The position numbers were made by a program, and so were the translations under genes. A model generated the notes under the pieces. That model saw nothing but the letters and a program-made list of their open reading frames with translations, was not told the DNA's origin and did no database searches. From positions 480,001 to 544,000 of the forward strand of contig CAXXSL010000016.1 in assembly GCA_963675525.2 (NCBI GenBank): a stretch of DNA of 64,000 bases, given 5' to 3'. Origin of the DNA: Anaerohalosphaeraceae bacterium. Lineage in GTDB: Bacteria; Planctomycetota; Phycisphaerae; Sedimentisphaerales; Anaerohalosphaeraceae. Below, one piece after another: positions 1 through 8,325 of this stretch (the first letter of the stretch is position 1; each line of letters opens with the position of its first letter).

Positions 1-764
1 AAAATCAGATATTGCTCGACCAGGTTATTCAGTGCGGAAAGCTCATCCTTATTCAGATAATTTTTAGCGATGACGACATCAGCTTTGCGTACTTTCTCGC
101 CCCGCCAATTCGTCAGCCCCATATTGGCCTTGTCGGCATCGGCCCGCTTGTGGACAATTTCCGCGGCCGTCATACCGGTAATCGCCCAATGCAGCTTGTT
201 CTGAACCGTCTTGAAAAAAGTCAGACTGAGTTCATCGGTCGGGTCATAATCGACACTGGTAGCATAGATGTCCGTGATTTTCTGATAGAACCGCCGCTCG
301 GACGTTCGGATATCCTGAATCCGGCGGAGCAATTCATCAAAATAGTCAAACGGATGGTCGGGGTTTTTCAGCCGTTCGTCGTCCAGAACAAACCCCTTGA
401 CGATATACTCCCGCAATCGCTGCGTCGCCCACTGCCGGAAATGCGTGGCAATCTGGGATTTAATCCGGTAACCAACCGAAATGATCATATCCAGATTATA
501 ATGTTTTGTTTTGTAGTTTTTACCATCCGCAGCAGTTGTCAAGTATTCCTTGACAACTGAATTTTCGCCAAGTTCGCCCTCTTCATAAATGTTTTGTATA
601 TGGAGACTTATGTTTTGCTTTGTCGTCTGATAAAGCCGCGCCAAATCCGCCTGCGACAGCCACAGCGTCTCCCCTTCAAGCCGAACCTCAAGCTTCGTCT
701 GTCCGCCCTCAGTCTGATAAATCAAAATCCCGCCGCCCCGCGGCACAAGCTCATTTTTACTCAT
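1..764 (-). CDS. RhuM-family (virulence RhuM) DNA-binding protein, runs off the window start
   Basis: Absent from the ORF track; manual translation gives MSKNELVPRGGGILIYQTEGGQTKLEVRLEGETLWLSQADLARLY...HYNLDMIISVGYRIKSQIATHFRQWATQRLREYIVKGFVLDDERLK...IQDIRTSERRFYQKITDIYATSVDYD. SD AGGAG precedes the ATG at 764. Confidence 0.9.
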   Translation of the reverse strand, partial: MSKNELVPRGGGILIYQTEGGQTKLEVRLEGETLWLSQADLARLYQTTKQNISLHIQNIYEEGELGENSVVKEYLTTAADGKNYKTKHYNLDMIISVGYRIKSQIATHFRQWATQRLREYIVKGFVLDDERLKNPDHPFDYFDELLRRIQDIRTSERRFYQKITDIYATSVDYDPTDELSLTFFKTVQNKLHWAITGMTAAEIVHKRADADKANMGLTNWRGEKVRKADVVIAKNYLNKDELSALNNLVEQYLI

Positions 765-777
765 TCGTTAAATCTCC

Positions 778-802
778 TGGGAACGCGGGCGTCTCGCCCG
801 CA
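778..802. repeat. REP-like palindrome
   Basis: TGGGAACGCGGGCGTCTCGCCCGCA, stem GCGGGCG/CGCCCGC. Confidence 0.6.
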
Positions 803-911
803 GTTAAAACAGAAAAATTCCATCCCATTATACATTAATCATCCATCAATAACCAATTGCCTCATCTCTTCTTAAATCTCAATTCCTGAAATCTGAAATC
901 AAAAATTGTAA

Positions 912-1012
912 CTGTCCACCCTATCCACAACGTCCATTCAGTCCATCACCATTTGTCCTCTATGTCCTATTCGTCCCACCGGTCCAACTCGTCTATTTTG
1001 CCCGTGTCTATT
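912..1012. repeat. Degenerate 9-bp tandem repeat (nGTCCnnnn)
   Basis: TCC recurs at 915, 924, 933, 942 and again at 956, 965, 974, 983. Confidence 0.7.
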
Positions 1013-1034
1013 CGATGTTTTACCTGATCTCTTT

Positions 1035-1676
1035 TTAAAATTTTATGGTTTTTGCAGCAAGATAATATGCTGTCACAATTCCAAGAATAAAGAAGAAAAC
1101 TTCAATCCCGTTAAAGCTCCTGATAAAATTCTCTTTTTGTATAGAGCCTATAAAAGCATCTATTGTTGTCTCCATTTGTTGATGAACACGTACCCGACAT
1201 GCCTCTTTTTCTGCTGGTGCCATTAAATCCCACTTAGCTCTAGCCTGTTGCACCAGTTCTTCCGAATGCTCGGTTTCTACATCAATAGTTTTATCAAGGA
1301 GGCTAAAGGTATAGAAAACCGAGTGCCCCTGTTCTTGAGATTCCTCAAAAATCTCATCAGCCAGCCGCAAAATCATATACTCGTCCTTCATGATCTGATG
1401 AGCTAAATCCTGCTTTGCGGTTTTACTTGCTCGGAAAAGAGATAATTCAACCGGGATATATTTACCTGCTGAAATCGACAGAATCGATATCACTACAGCA
1501 ATTAAGCCCATTCTCCGACCTCCTTTACTCCCCCATGCAACAGCCGCCCCAACACCCGCTCCAATAGCACAGGCCATCCAACTAATCTCATAACACGTAT
1601 AGAAGACAAGCACGCCTCCCAAAATTGCCCCGATGATTCCAACTACAATCCCCGCTACCAGCCCTTTTTGTCTCAT
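1035..1676 (-). CDS. Hypothetical membrane protein (N-terminal Gly-rich TM helices plus a C-terminal TM helix)
   Basis: 213-aa ORF with SD GAGG and hydrophobic segments; AT-richer than the core genes. Confidence 0.7.
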   Translation of the reverse strand: MRQKGLVAGIVVGIIGAILGGVLVFYTCYEISWMACAIGAGVGAAVAWGSKGGRRMGLIAVVISILSISAGKYIPVELSLFRASKTAKQDLAHQIMKDEYMILRLADEIFEESQEQGHSVFYTFSLLDKTIDVETEHSEELVQQARAKWDLMAPAEKEACRVRVHQQMETTIDAFIGSIQKENFIRSFNGIEVFFFILGIVTAYYLAAKTIKF

Positions 1677-2031
1677 TCGTATGCCTCTGTTTTAATACTT
1701 GATCTATCCCCGTCCATCCTGCCCACTTCGTCCAGACAGAACTAAAAGAGTCAGACACTTTTTCGGCATCTCTCTATTGTATTCATGTTATTTCTCCTCA
1801 TTTTCGCCCCTGTCAATTTCTCTTGCCAACACATCGCATCGCCCACCGCCTCCGGCTCCCCTCCGCAATTTTGATATTTGCTTTTTAATCTTTAATATGT
1901 CTTTAAATTATACCCCCCACACCGAAATAGGCAATAACTAACCAAAAATACCAATTTCCCTGTTTTTCAATCGAAAACCTGTCCTGAGCCGCGCCGAATG
2001 GATTGAACGTGGAAAATTGAAAATTATTTGT

Positions 2032-2059
2032 TTGACATTTATCTAACTTGTGGTATAAT
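2032..2059 (+). promoter_or_regulatory. Consensus sigma70 promoter with extended -10
   Basis: TTGACA (2032-2037), 16-bp spacer, TG-n-TATAAT (2051-2059); no credible CDS downstream. Confidence 0.7.
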
Positions 2060-2129
2060 ACCACAAAATTGAATAGGTTGATCTTTTAACAATTGAATTA
2101 GAGTGCGAACGCCCCGCGTCGCCCGCTCC

Positions 2130-2150
2130 GCCCTGAGCAAAGTCGAAGGG
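2130..2150. repeat. REP-like element (CCTGAGC-n-GTCGAAGG type); related copy at 1978-2002
   Basis: GCCCTGAGCAAAGTCGAAGGG vs CCTGTCCTGAGCCGCGCCGAATGGA. Confidence 0.55.
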
Positions 2151-2269
2151 GCCCAGCAGCCAACCCAATGTCATTCCGTGTCTTCAGTGGTTATTATTCA
2201 CCTTAAATTAATGAAATCTGTGCCCTCTGTGGACAAGTAAAAAACGCAAAACGAACCCAATGTACAGCC

Positions 2270-2298
2270 GTCATTCTGAGCCGAAGGCGAAGAATCTC
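2270..2298. repeat. REP-like element (GTCATTCTGAG..CGAAGAATCT type); related copy at 54577-54602
   Basis: GTCATTCTGAGCCGAAGGCGAAGAATCTC vs GTCATTTTGAGCAAAGCGAAGAAGCT. Confidence 0.6.
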
Positions 2299-2493
2299 CC
2301 ATTCTTGTATTCCTTCTTTTAAAAATCGGTGAAATCTGTGCAATCGGTGGTTTCATACTGGCAAACTTTGGCGCATTTGTGGCAAACTTTGGCGCCGTTT
2401 GGGCGCACTTTGGCGCATCTTTGGACACGTTTGGTGTCATGAAAACCCACAAAAACCGCATTTTTGAACTAAAAACGCGGACTGTCCCCGATT

Positions 2494-3633
2494 TCACCCA
2501 CCATTACAGGCGTCGATGGGGTCGAGATTGCAGGCCAGCCAGTTTTCGGCGATGTTTAGAAAATCGGTCAGGTTGACCCGGCAATCGCCGTTGGTGTCGC
2601 CGGGCAGCGGAGTTGGACAATCGGCAATGTCGACGGGGTCGAGGTAGACGGCGTAGATATTGGAAGTCCCTGATCGCATATCTTCCCAGACCACGGTATC
2701 ACCGCTGATGGCGGGGTTGATCTGGTCGGCGGGGTCGGCAGTGATGCGGAATTCTTTTTGGGTGATGAGATTGTAGCCGTAGATGTCCCAATGGCCGTTG
2801 CGGTTGTCCTGCCAAACGACGATATGGCCGGAAATGTCGGGGTTTTCTTCGGAGGAGGCTAACTGACTGATGGGGATCGTGACATAAACGCGCGGGTCCG
2901 AATAGTCGATCGCCAGGATATCATAATCGGTTCCGTCGCCTGAAAAATCGCGTTGATAGACGATATAATTTCGGTCGACAGCGGGCGCGGTCTCGTCTTC
3001 GGCCTCGTAAACCGGAGACTGGTAGGTGGGGGCATTTTTGAGCCATGCATCGGCGGCGATAATATCCCAGTCTCCATAATAATCGTCCTGATAGACAATG
3101 GTGTTTCGGAAAACGGCCGGAGCCGCTTGGTTATTATCATAGGTATCCAGTGCAAAGACATAAGGGTTGGCCGGGTCGGCAATATCGGCGGCATACAGGT
3201 CGCTGTTGCCGGGATTGTAGTCATCCTGCCAGACAGCCAGATCGCCGTGAATCGCCGGGACGGTCTGGTCACCGTCAAAATCATCCAGTACATAATCCTG
3301 CGGCACATTCGCGTCGGCAATATCGGCCATGTTGATGTTCCAGTCGCCATTGGTTGTATCATTGTCCTGCCAGACAACGCGGTCGCCCCAGACGGCAGGG
3401 TTGATCTGGTCGGCGGGGAATTGGGCGACGGCTATCGGAACCGGCGCATTGTTGTCATCCAGGTCACGCCCGTAGATATCCCAGCTATTGGCGCCGGCGT
3501 TCTGCTGCCAGACGATAATCAAGCCATCGATGTCCGGGGCTTGCTGGACCTGATCGGACAGGTACACCGGAAATTCCTGAGCCGCAACAGCGGACAGACT
3601 ACAAACGATCAGACAAAGATAGAAACACTTCAT
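2494..3633 (-). CDS. Secreted beta-propeller repeat protein (Methanosarcina-type VWQDxRNGxWDIY repeats) with C-terminal dockerin-like module
   Basis: Signal peptide; repeated QxxPAIxGxxVVWQD motifs; C-terminal GDTNGDCRVNLTDFLNIAENWL. Confidence 0.85.
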   Translation of the reverse strand: MKCFYLCLIVCSLSAVAAQEFPVYLSDQVQQAPDIDGLIIVWQQNAGANSWDIYGRDLDDNNAPVPIAVAQFPADQINPAVWGDRVVWQDNDTTNGDWNINMADIADANVPQDYVLDDFDGDQTVPAIHGDLAVWQDDYNPGNSDLYAADIADPANPYVFALDTYDNNQAAPAVFRNTIVYQDDYYGDWDIIAADAWLKNAPTYQSPVYEAEDETAPAVDRNYIVYQRDFSGDGTDYDILAIDYSDPRVYVTIPISQLASSEENPDISGHIVVWQDNRNGHWDIYGYNLITQKEFRITADPADQINPAISGDTVVWEDMRSGTSNIYAVYLDPVDIADCPTPLPGDTNGDCRVNLTDFLNIAENWLACNLDPIDACNGG

Positions 3634-3650
3634 GGTTGGCTCCTTAGCTT

Positions 3651-3684
3651 AAAACAGCGTGCCCGCACGATCACGGACACGCTG
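3651..3684 (-). terminator. Intrinsic terminator-like hairpin after the TPR gene
   Basis: CAGCGTGTCCG/CGGGCACGCTG stem followed by TTTT on the minus strand. Confidence 0.55.
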
Positions 3685-3700
3685 CGTTGTGATGACATGA

Positions 3701-5854
3701 TTAATTTGCTTCGGCTTCCAGTTGTGCTGCCAACTCAAGCAGTTTGCCCGCGGCTATTTCGTTGGCCGGATCTTTGGCAGCTTGCATCAGCGGCATGTGG
3801 GCCTTTTCGAGATCGCCAAGTCCGAGATATTGATAGCCAAGCAGCAGTTGATAGTCAGAAGCAAACGGCTCTTTATCAACGGCAATACGGAGTTGATCGA
3901 TTTGACCGGTCAACACCTTTTCGTCTTCATACAGCCCGCGCGGATAGTAGATCGTCAGTTCGTCTTCGGGGATGTTCAGCATGGCCGTTCGCAGAACCGA
4001 TGCGGCATGGGCATAGTCGCCTTCGGCAAACAGGGCCTGGCTGTAGGTAAACGGCAGGATGACATCATCGGGCGACAAGGTAACCGCCTCGCGGAACTGT
4101 TCGACGGCAACATCATAGCTGCCCGCCGCAAAGAGCGTCACGGCATGATCGAAGCACAAATCGGCGGCCGTCTGGAACTGCGGCTCATCGACGGGATCTT
4201 CCTTCGGATTGCCGAGGGTGTAATACGGCTGACTGGAACTGGAGAAACCGTAACCGGTGGTGTCTGTGTTGTAATAGTTGTACGTGTTATAGGTCACATT
4301 ACGGGAGGGTTCATAAATGACACGGGAACCATACCAGTAATGGGGATGACAGCCGTACCAGTAGTAGCGCCGATAGCGGTAACTATGGGGCCAGTATCCG
4401 CCGATGCTGACGAAGACATATTTACGGTGGTAGTTGGGATAGTAATAGGAAATCCCATAGGATGGGCTGCCGTAATAAACGCTGGAGTAATAATACGGCA
4501 GGCAAACCGCAACACCGTAACTGGACGACGACCAGCCGAAGTAGAAGCTGCTGCCGTGATTGACCCAGTGGCGGTCACGGCGTATATGGCTGACATCCCT
4601 GAACAAGTGCCGCGAAATATACGGGCGCGGACGATACCGTGTGGCAGCACCCTGCACAATCACACGATTGTCATTGTTGATAATGATTTGACTGGACGAT
4701 GAGCTTTTGCGCGGTCTGCTATTGTGTCCGCTTGTTCGTCTGCCGGAGCGAGAAAGATTTTGCCGTACGTCAACGGTGGAAGCGGCGCGTGTTGTCGTGA
4801 CAGAAGACAACTGCTTGCCGGTTCGGCCGGATGCGGGCCGTTGGGCAGGTCGGCGAGATGATTTGTTATTGATATCCCCAACGACAATCCGCTTGGGTTC
4901 AGCCTTAATATCGTTAACCGTAACACGGACCGGTTCGGCGTTTTTCTGACGATCCTCTCGTGAACCCGTGCGTTTCTGGACCGTTGTGGACGCTATTTGC
5001 GTTGTTTTTGTTCGGCTGCGCGACGTATCGGCCTTGCTGACCTGCGCAGGTTTTACAGAGGCAGGTTTAACTTCTCGAACCACCTTTGCTGTTTGAGTCT
5101 GACGTACAGTCGTCCGAGTTCGTTCGGGACGAACCGTTTCAACAACACGCCGGCGAGTATCTTTCGATTTCGCCGTTGTCGCCGGAGTTGCTTTGGGTTT
5201 TTCAGGAGCCTTCGATGTTACCACTGTTCGAGAAGCTCTTGTGGATTGAGATGTTGTTTGATTGGCCGACGTTGACGGAGCCGAAGATGTTTTTCGAGAG
5301 GAAACCGAAACCCGGCTTGACCGGCTGTTACTGGCGGGTGCTTTGTTCGTTTTTGCAGTGCTGACAACTTCCACCGTGCGATTAACCCGACGCGCGGGTG
5401 CGGCCGCTCTTTTTTGCGGTGCAGGCCGCGAAGCTGTTTTCGGAGCCGCTTGCTCGGAGGACTGTTGATTACTGGAACGCGTCGATCGGACCTGTTGGGT
5501 CGAAGGAGCGGACCGCGTCGACTGAGCCGGCTGCGCAGAACGGGTGTTGTTTCGAGTCGGTGCGGCCCGTTGAGGTGCGGCGGCGGGAGTTTGCTGTCGC
5601 TGGGGTCGGCTGCGGGTCTGGGATTCTGTCTGTCGTGGTTCGGACCGAGTTGGAGCCTTTGCTGAACGGGTCTGTGCCCTTGCCGGGGATGCGGAACGCT
5701 GAGAAACAGCAGCGGTTCTTTGCTCGGATTTTTCCTGGCCACGTCCTCGTCCTTCTGACCTCTCTCGGGCCGAAAATCCTATCCCGGACACGGTTACCAC
5801 AAGGAGGACTCCAATGAGGTAATGAAACCAAAATTTGTTATTGTACGTGTTCAT
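3701..5854 (-). CDS. Exported protein with long R/S/T/A-rich low-complexity region, Y/W/H-rich segment and C-terminal TPR domain
   Basis: Signal-like N-terminus; TPR-like helices (AVTLFAAGSYDVAVEQFREAV..YSQALFAEGDYAHAA); SD AGGAG. Confidence 0.8.
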   Translation of the reverse strand: MNTYNNKFWFHYLIGVLLVVTVSGIGFSARERSEGRGRGQEKSEQRTAAVSQRSASPARAQTRSAKAPTRSEPRQTESQTRSRPQRQQTPAAAPQRAAPTRNNTRSAQPAQSTRSAPSTQQVRSTRSSNQQSSEQAAPKTASRPAPQKRAAAPARRVNRTVEVVSTAKTNKAPASNSRSSRVSVSSRKTSSAPSTSANQTTSQSTRASRTVVTSKAPEKPKATPATTAKSKDTRRRVVETVRPERTRTTVRQTQTAKVVREVKPASVKPAQVSKADTSRSRTKTTQIASTTVQKRTGSREDRQKNAEPVRVTVNDIKAEPKRIVVGDINNKSSRRPAQRPASGRTGKQLSSVTTTRAASTVDVRQNLSRSGRRTSGHNSRPRKSSSSSQIIINNDNRVIVQGAATRYRPRPYISRHLFRDVSHIRRDRHWVNHGSSFYFGWSSSSYGVAVCLPYYYSSVYYGSPSYGISYYYPNYHRKYVFVSIGGYWPHSYRYRRYYWYGCHPHYWYGSRVIYEPSRNVTYNTYNYYNTDTTGYGFSSSSQPYYTLGNPKEDPVDEPQFQTAADLCFDHAVTLFAAGSYDVAVEQFREAVTLSPDDVILPFTYSQALFAEGDYAHAASVLRTAMLNIPEDELTIYYPRGLYEDEKVLTGQIDQLRIAVDKEPFASDYQLLLGYQYLGLGDLEKAHMPLMQAAKDPANEIAAGKLLELAAQLEAEAN

Positions 5855-6002
5855 GGCACTCTCCTTTCTCTTGTCCGAGGCCGCTGTATTTTCCGCCCCG
5901 GTGTTTTCACACCTTGCAACGGCCCATGTTTACCTGTTGGACGTTCAGGTACTTCATTAAAGAGCAGGATCCTGCTATAGTAACTCGCTCAAAGCTTTTT
6001 GC

Positions 6003-6473
6003 TTATTTCGTATGAGACACTTTTTCAAAACCCAACATTTTATCAAGGAAGACTACGCCGCGTTGACACACATTGATCAGCATCTGTTTTTCTTCATCGG
6101 AAACATTCATCGCTTTGAAAAGAGCCTGAAATCGTTCGGTTCGCTGTTTCATGATTCCGCCAAGTTCGGCTTTTCCCTTTTCGGAAAGCTCGACCATGGT
6201 CACGCGCTGATTCTCAGGATTGATGGTCTTGGTGACCAGTCCACGTTTGCGCCACAGCTTCGTGATGGTCATTGAAATCGTGCTGTCGCTAACATTGGGC
6301 CAACAATCCGCAATCTGTGACACACTCATCGAGCCTTGGTCGGCCAATTGCTGTAAAATCAATGCCTCACGCTCGCTCAGTGCGCCTTCTGCGGCCTGGT
6401 CTTCCTGAATCGCACGAATCATCCGCATTCGAAGACTTAAATCCTGTATTGCCTTTTCAAGATCGGGTCCCAT
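6003..6473 (-). CDS. MarR-family transcriptional regulator
   Basis: wHTH with GLVTKTINPENQRVTMVELSEKG; ATG 6473 preferred because of the GGAG SD. Confidence 0.9.
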   Translation of the reverse strand: MGPDLEKAIQDLSLRMRMIRAIQEDQAAEGALSEREALILQQLADQGSMSVSQIADCWPNVSDSTISMTITKLWRKRGLVTKTINPENQRVTMVELSEKGKAELGGIMKQRTERFQALFKAMNVSDEEKQMLINVCQRGVVFLDKMLGFEKVSHTK

Positions 6474-6522
6474 ATTCTTCTCCAAAGAGCATGTTCAAAA
6501 AACGTCTTTTCGTTTCTACTTA

Positions 6523-6538
6523 TTTAGTATGCGCTAAA
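6523..6538. promoter_or_regulatory. Candidate MarR autoregulatory operator
   Basis: Palindrome TTTAG-TATGCG-CTAAA about 50 bp upstream of the marR-type gene. Confidence 0.35.
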
Positions 6539-6718
6539 ACTGTTTTGGTTTCAAACATTTTATTAAAAAAACACTTCATTTTTTGATGTATTTTAAGAGA
6601 GCTGCCTCGATTAAACGTTAACTTATTTTAAATAAAGAGCTTACATTAAATACAAACGCTCCCCTCCTGACGAAATATTTTACATAAACGACACAGAATA
6701 GGACTGTTTATTGTCCTT

Positions 6719-7933
6719 TTATGGCTTCGATACCAACTTTCCAAAATCCGAGCCGGCGGGATTCTGGAAAACGCGCAGACCAAACTGGGGCACAGCGGCA
6801 AGAATATGGTCGAAAATGTCCGCCTGAATCGCCTCGTAATTGGCCCAGACCTTGTCGCTACAGAAAACATAGATCTCAATGGGCAGGCCGTACTCGGTAG
6901 GCTTTAATTGCCGCACCAGAAACGTCATGTTTTTATTGATCTTTGGATGGTTCTTCAGATACGCAACTACATACGCGCGAAACGTACCGACATTGGTCAT
7001 CCGCCGGCCGTTGACCAGTTCGCTGTCATCGACATTGCCGGCGTTATTGTGTTCGTCAATCTCGCGTTTTTTCGAATCAATGTACTCCGTCAGATACTGA
7101 ATTCTGCGAAACTTGTTCAACATTGCCTCATCACAAAACTGAATGGTGTTCATGTCAATATTGATGGGTCGTTTAATCCGCCGTCCGCCGGACTCGCTCA
7201 TGCCCCGCCAGTTTTTGAATGAATCGCTGATGAGAGCATAAGCCGGAATTGTGGAGATAGTCTTGTCCCAGTTCTGCACTTTCACGGTCGTCAGCGAAAT
7301 GTCGATCACATCACCGTCAGCGCCGTACTTGGGCATTTCAATCCAGTCGCCCATATGCACCATATTATTGGCCGAAAGCTGAATACCCGCTACAAACCCG
7401 AGAATCGCATCTTTGAAAATCAGCATCAGTACCGCGGTCATGGCACCGAAGCCGGCGAGAATCTTGGTGGGGTCCCTACCGACAAGCATCCCGAGTATCA
7501 TGATGCCGGCGGCGATAATGAAGATAATCTTGACAAGTTGCATAAAGCCGCGAATCGGCATCCGGCGGGCAAATTCGAAGGTGCGGTAGATATCGACCAC
7601 GCTGTTGAGAAACGCATTGATGACCAGCAGTCCAACGACAATCATATAAATGACAGCCGCAAGCTGCATGTTAATCAAATCCGTTGGAGCCAGATAATAA
7701 ATGATAACGGCGGGCACCAGATGCGACATCAGCGTAAAAACGCCCCGCTTCATGAGGAAATCATCCCATTGGGTGGATGTGGTCTTGACAAGACGATTCA
7801 CCAGCCGCAGGATAATCTTCTTGGTAATATAATTGGCGAAAAAAGCCAGTAAAAGAACCAGCACCAGCAGAATCGCTTCATTCAAAACCGGCGGCAGCGA
7901 TAATCCCTTAAACCATTCGATTAATGCTTCCAT
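6719..7933 (-). CDS. MscS-family mechanosensitive channel (YbdG/MscM-like)
   Basis: GDWIEMPKYGADGDVIDISLTTVKVQNWDKTI, FKNWRGMSESGGRRIKR, YEAIQADIFDH. Confidence 0.95.
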   Translation of the reverse strand: MEALIEWFKGLSLPPVLNEAILLVLVLLLAFFANYITKKIILRLVNRLVKTTSTQWDDFLMKRGVFTLMSHLVPAVIIYYLAPTDLINMQLAAVIYMIVVGLLVINAFLNSVVDIYRTFEFARRMPIRGFMQLVKIIFIIAAGIMILGMLVGRDPTKILAGFGAMTAVLMLIFKDAILGFVAGIQLSANNMVHMGDWIEMPKYGADGDVIDISLTTVKVQNWDKTISTIPAYALISDSFKNWRGMSESGGRRIKRPINIDMNTIQFCDEAMLNKFRRIQYLTEYIDSKKREIDEHNNAGNVDDSELVNGRRMTNVGTFRAYVVAYLKNHPKINKNMTFLVRQLKPTEYGLPIEIYVFCSDKVWANYEAIQADIFDHILAAVPQFGLRVFQNPAGSDFGKLVSKP

Positions 7934-7951
7934 GCGGTTTCCTTTGGAATC

Positions 7952-8170
7952 TTATCCGTTAAAGTTCGGGCAGCCGCCCGCACTGTGACAGGTTTGGCAT
8001 TTTGAGGCCGGGGAAGCGGGCTCTTTGACTACGGCGGCAAAGGTGGAAAACTGCTTTTCGGTCTTCTTGTGGCCGCATTCGGGGCAGGCCGGGGCCTTGC
8101 TGTCGGACGATTTGACAAGCACTTCATTGATAAACCCGCATTCGGGGCACTTATACTCAAAAATCGGCAT
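7952..8170 (-). CDS. FmdB-family zinc-ribbon protein
   Basis: MPIFEYKCPECG...CPECG; SD GAGGTG before ATG 8170. Confidence 0.9.
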   Translation of the reverse strand: MPIFEYKCPECGFINEVLVKSSDSKAPACPECGHKKTEKQFSTFAAVVKEPASPASKCQTCHSAGGCPNFNG

Positions 8171-8274
8171 CTTACACCTCAAATACCTCGTTTTTCCTTA
8201 TTTACTATAACACGGCAAGTATCATAGCATATTCGCAACTTCTTTCAAAAACTAATCTTATTAGGAGCCGTCAC

Positions 8275-8300
8275 AAAAAAAGCCCGCCATCTGGCGGGCT
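8275..8300 (-). terminator. Intrinsic terminator of the ArsR-Cdr operon
   Basis: AGCCCGCCA-GA-TGGCGGGCT followed by a T-run on the minus strand. Confidence 0.85.
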
Positions 8301-8325
8301 CCGAATGGAGAAAACTATTTTTTTT

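Larger units (their letters stand above)
2020..2475 (+). repeat. Dispersed non-coding element, copy A (homologous to 28570-28830, inverted)
   Basis: Shared blocks AAATTGAATA, ACAATT..AGAGTGCGA..TCGCCCG, ATCnGTGGTTTCAnACTGGC and the phased TTTGG array. Copy A is interrupted by REP-like units. Confidence 0.75.

Noticed and set aside
12..875. Plus-strand ORFs 12-560, 594-875 and 620-838
   Set aside because: Antisense shadows of the minus-strand RhuM-family gene.
2350..2435. Possible CRISPR array
   Set aside because: Units are 10-21 bp, contiguous and degenerate, with no unique spacers and no cas genes.
2198..2576. ORFs 2198-2497 (-) and 2379-2576 (+), with counterparts 28510-28749 and 28549-28761
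   Set aside because: They run through repeat units, lack convincing SD/start sites and have no conserved start between copies; treated as non-coding, though not fully excluded.
2953..4702. Long plus-strand ORFs (365 and 326 aa), and similar ones at 34393-35196 and 35581-36579
   Set aside because: Antisense shadows of well-supported minus-strand genes; no recognisable motifs.
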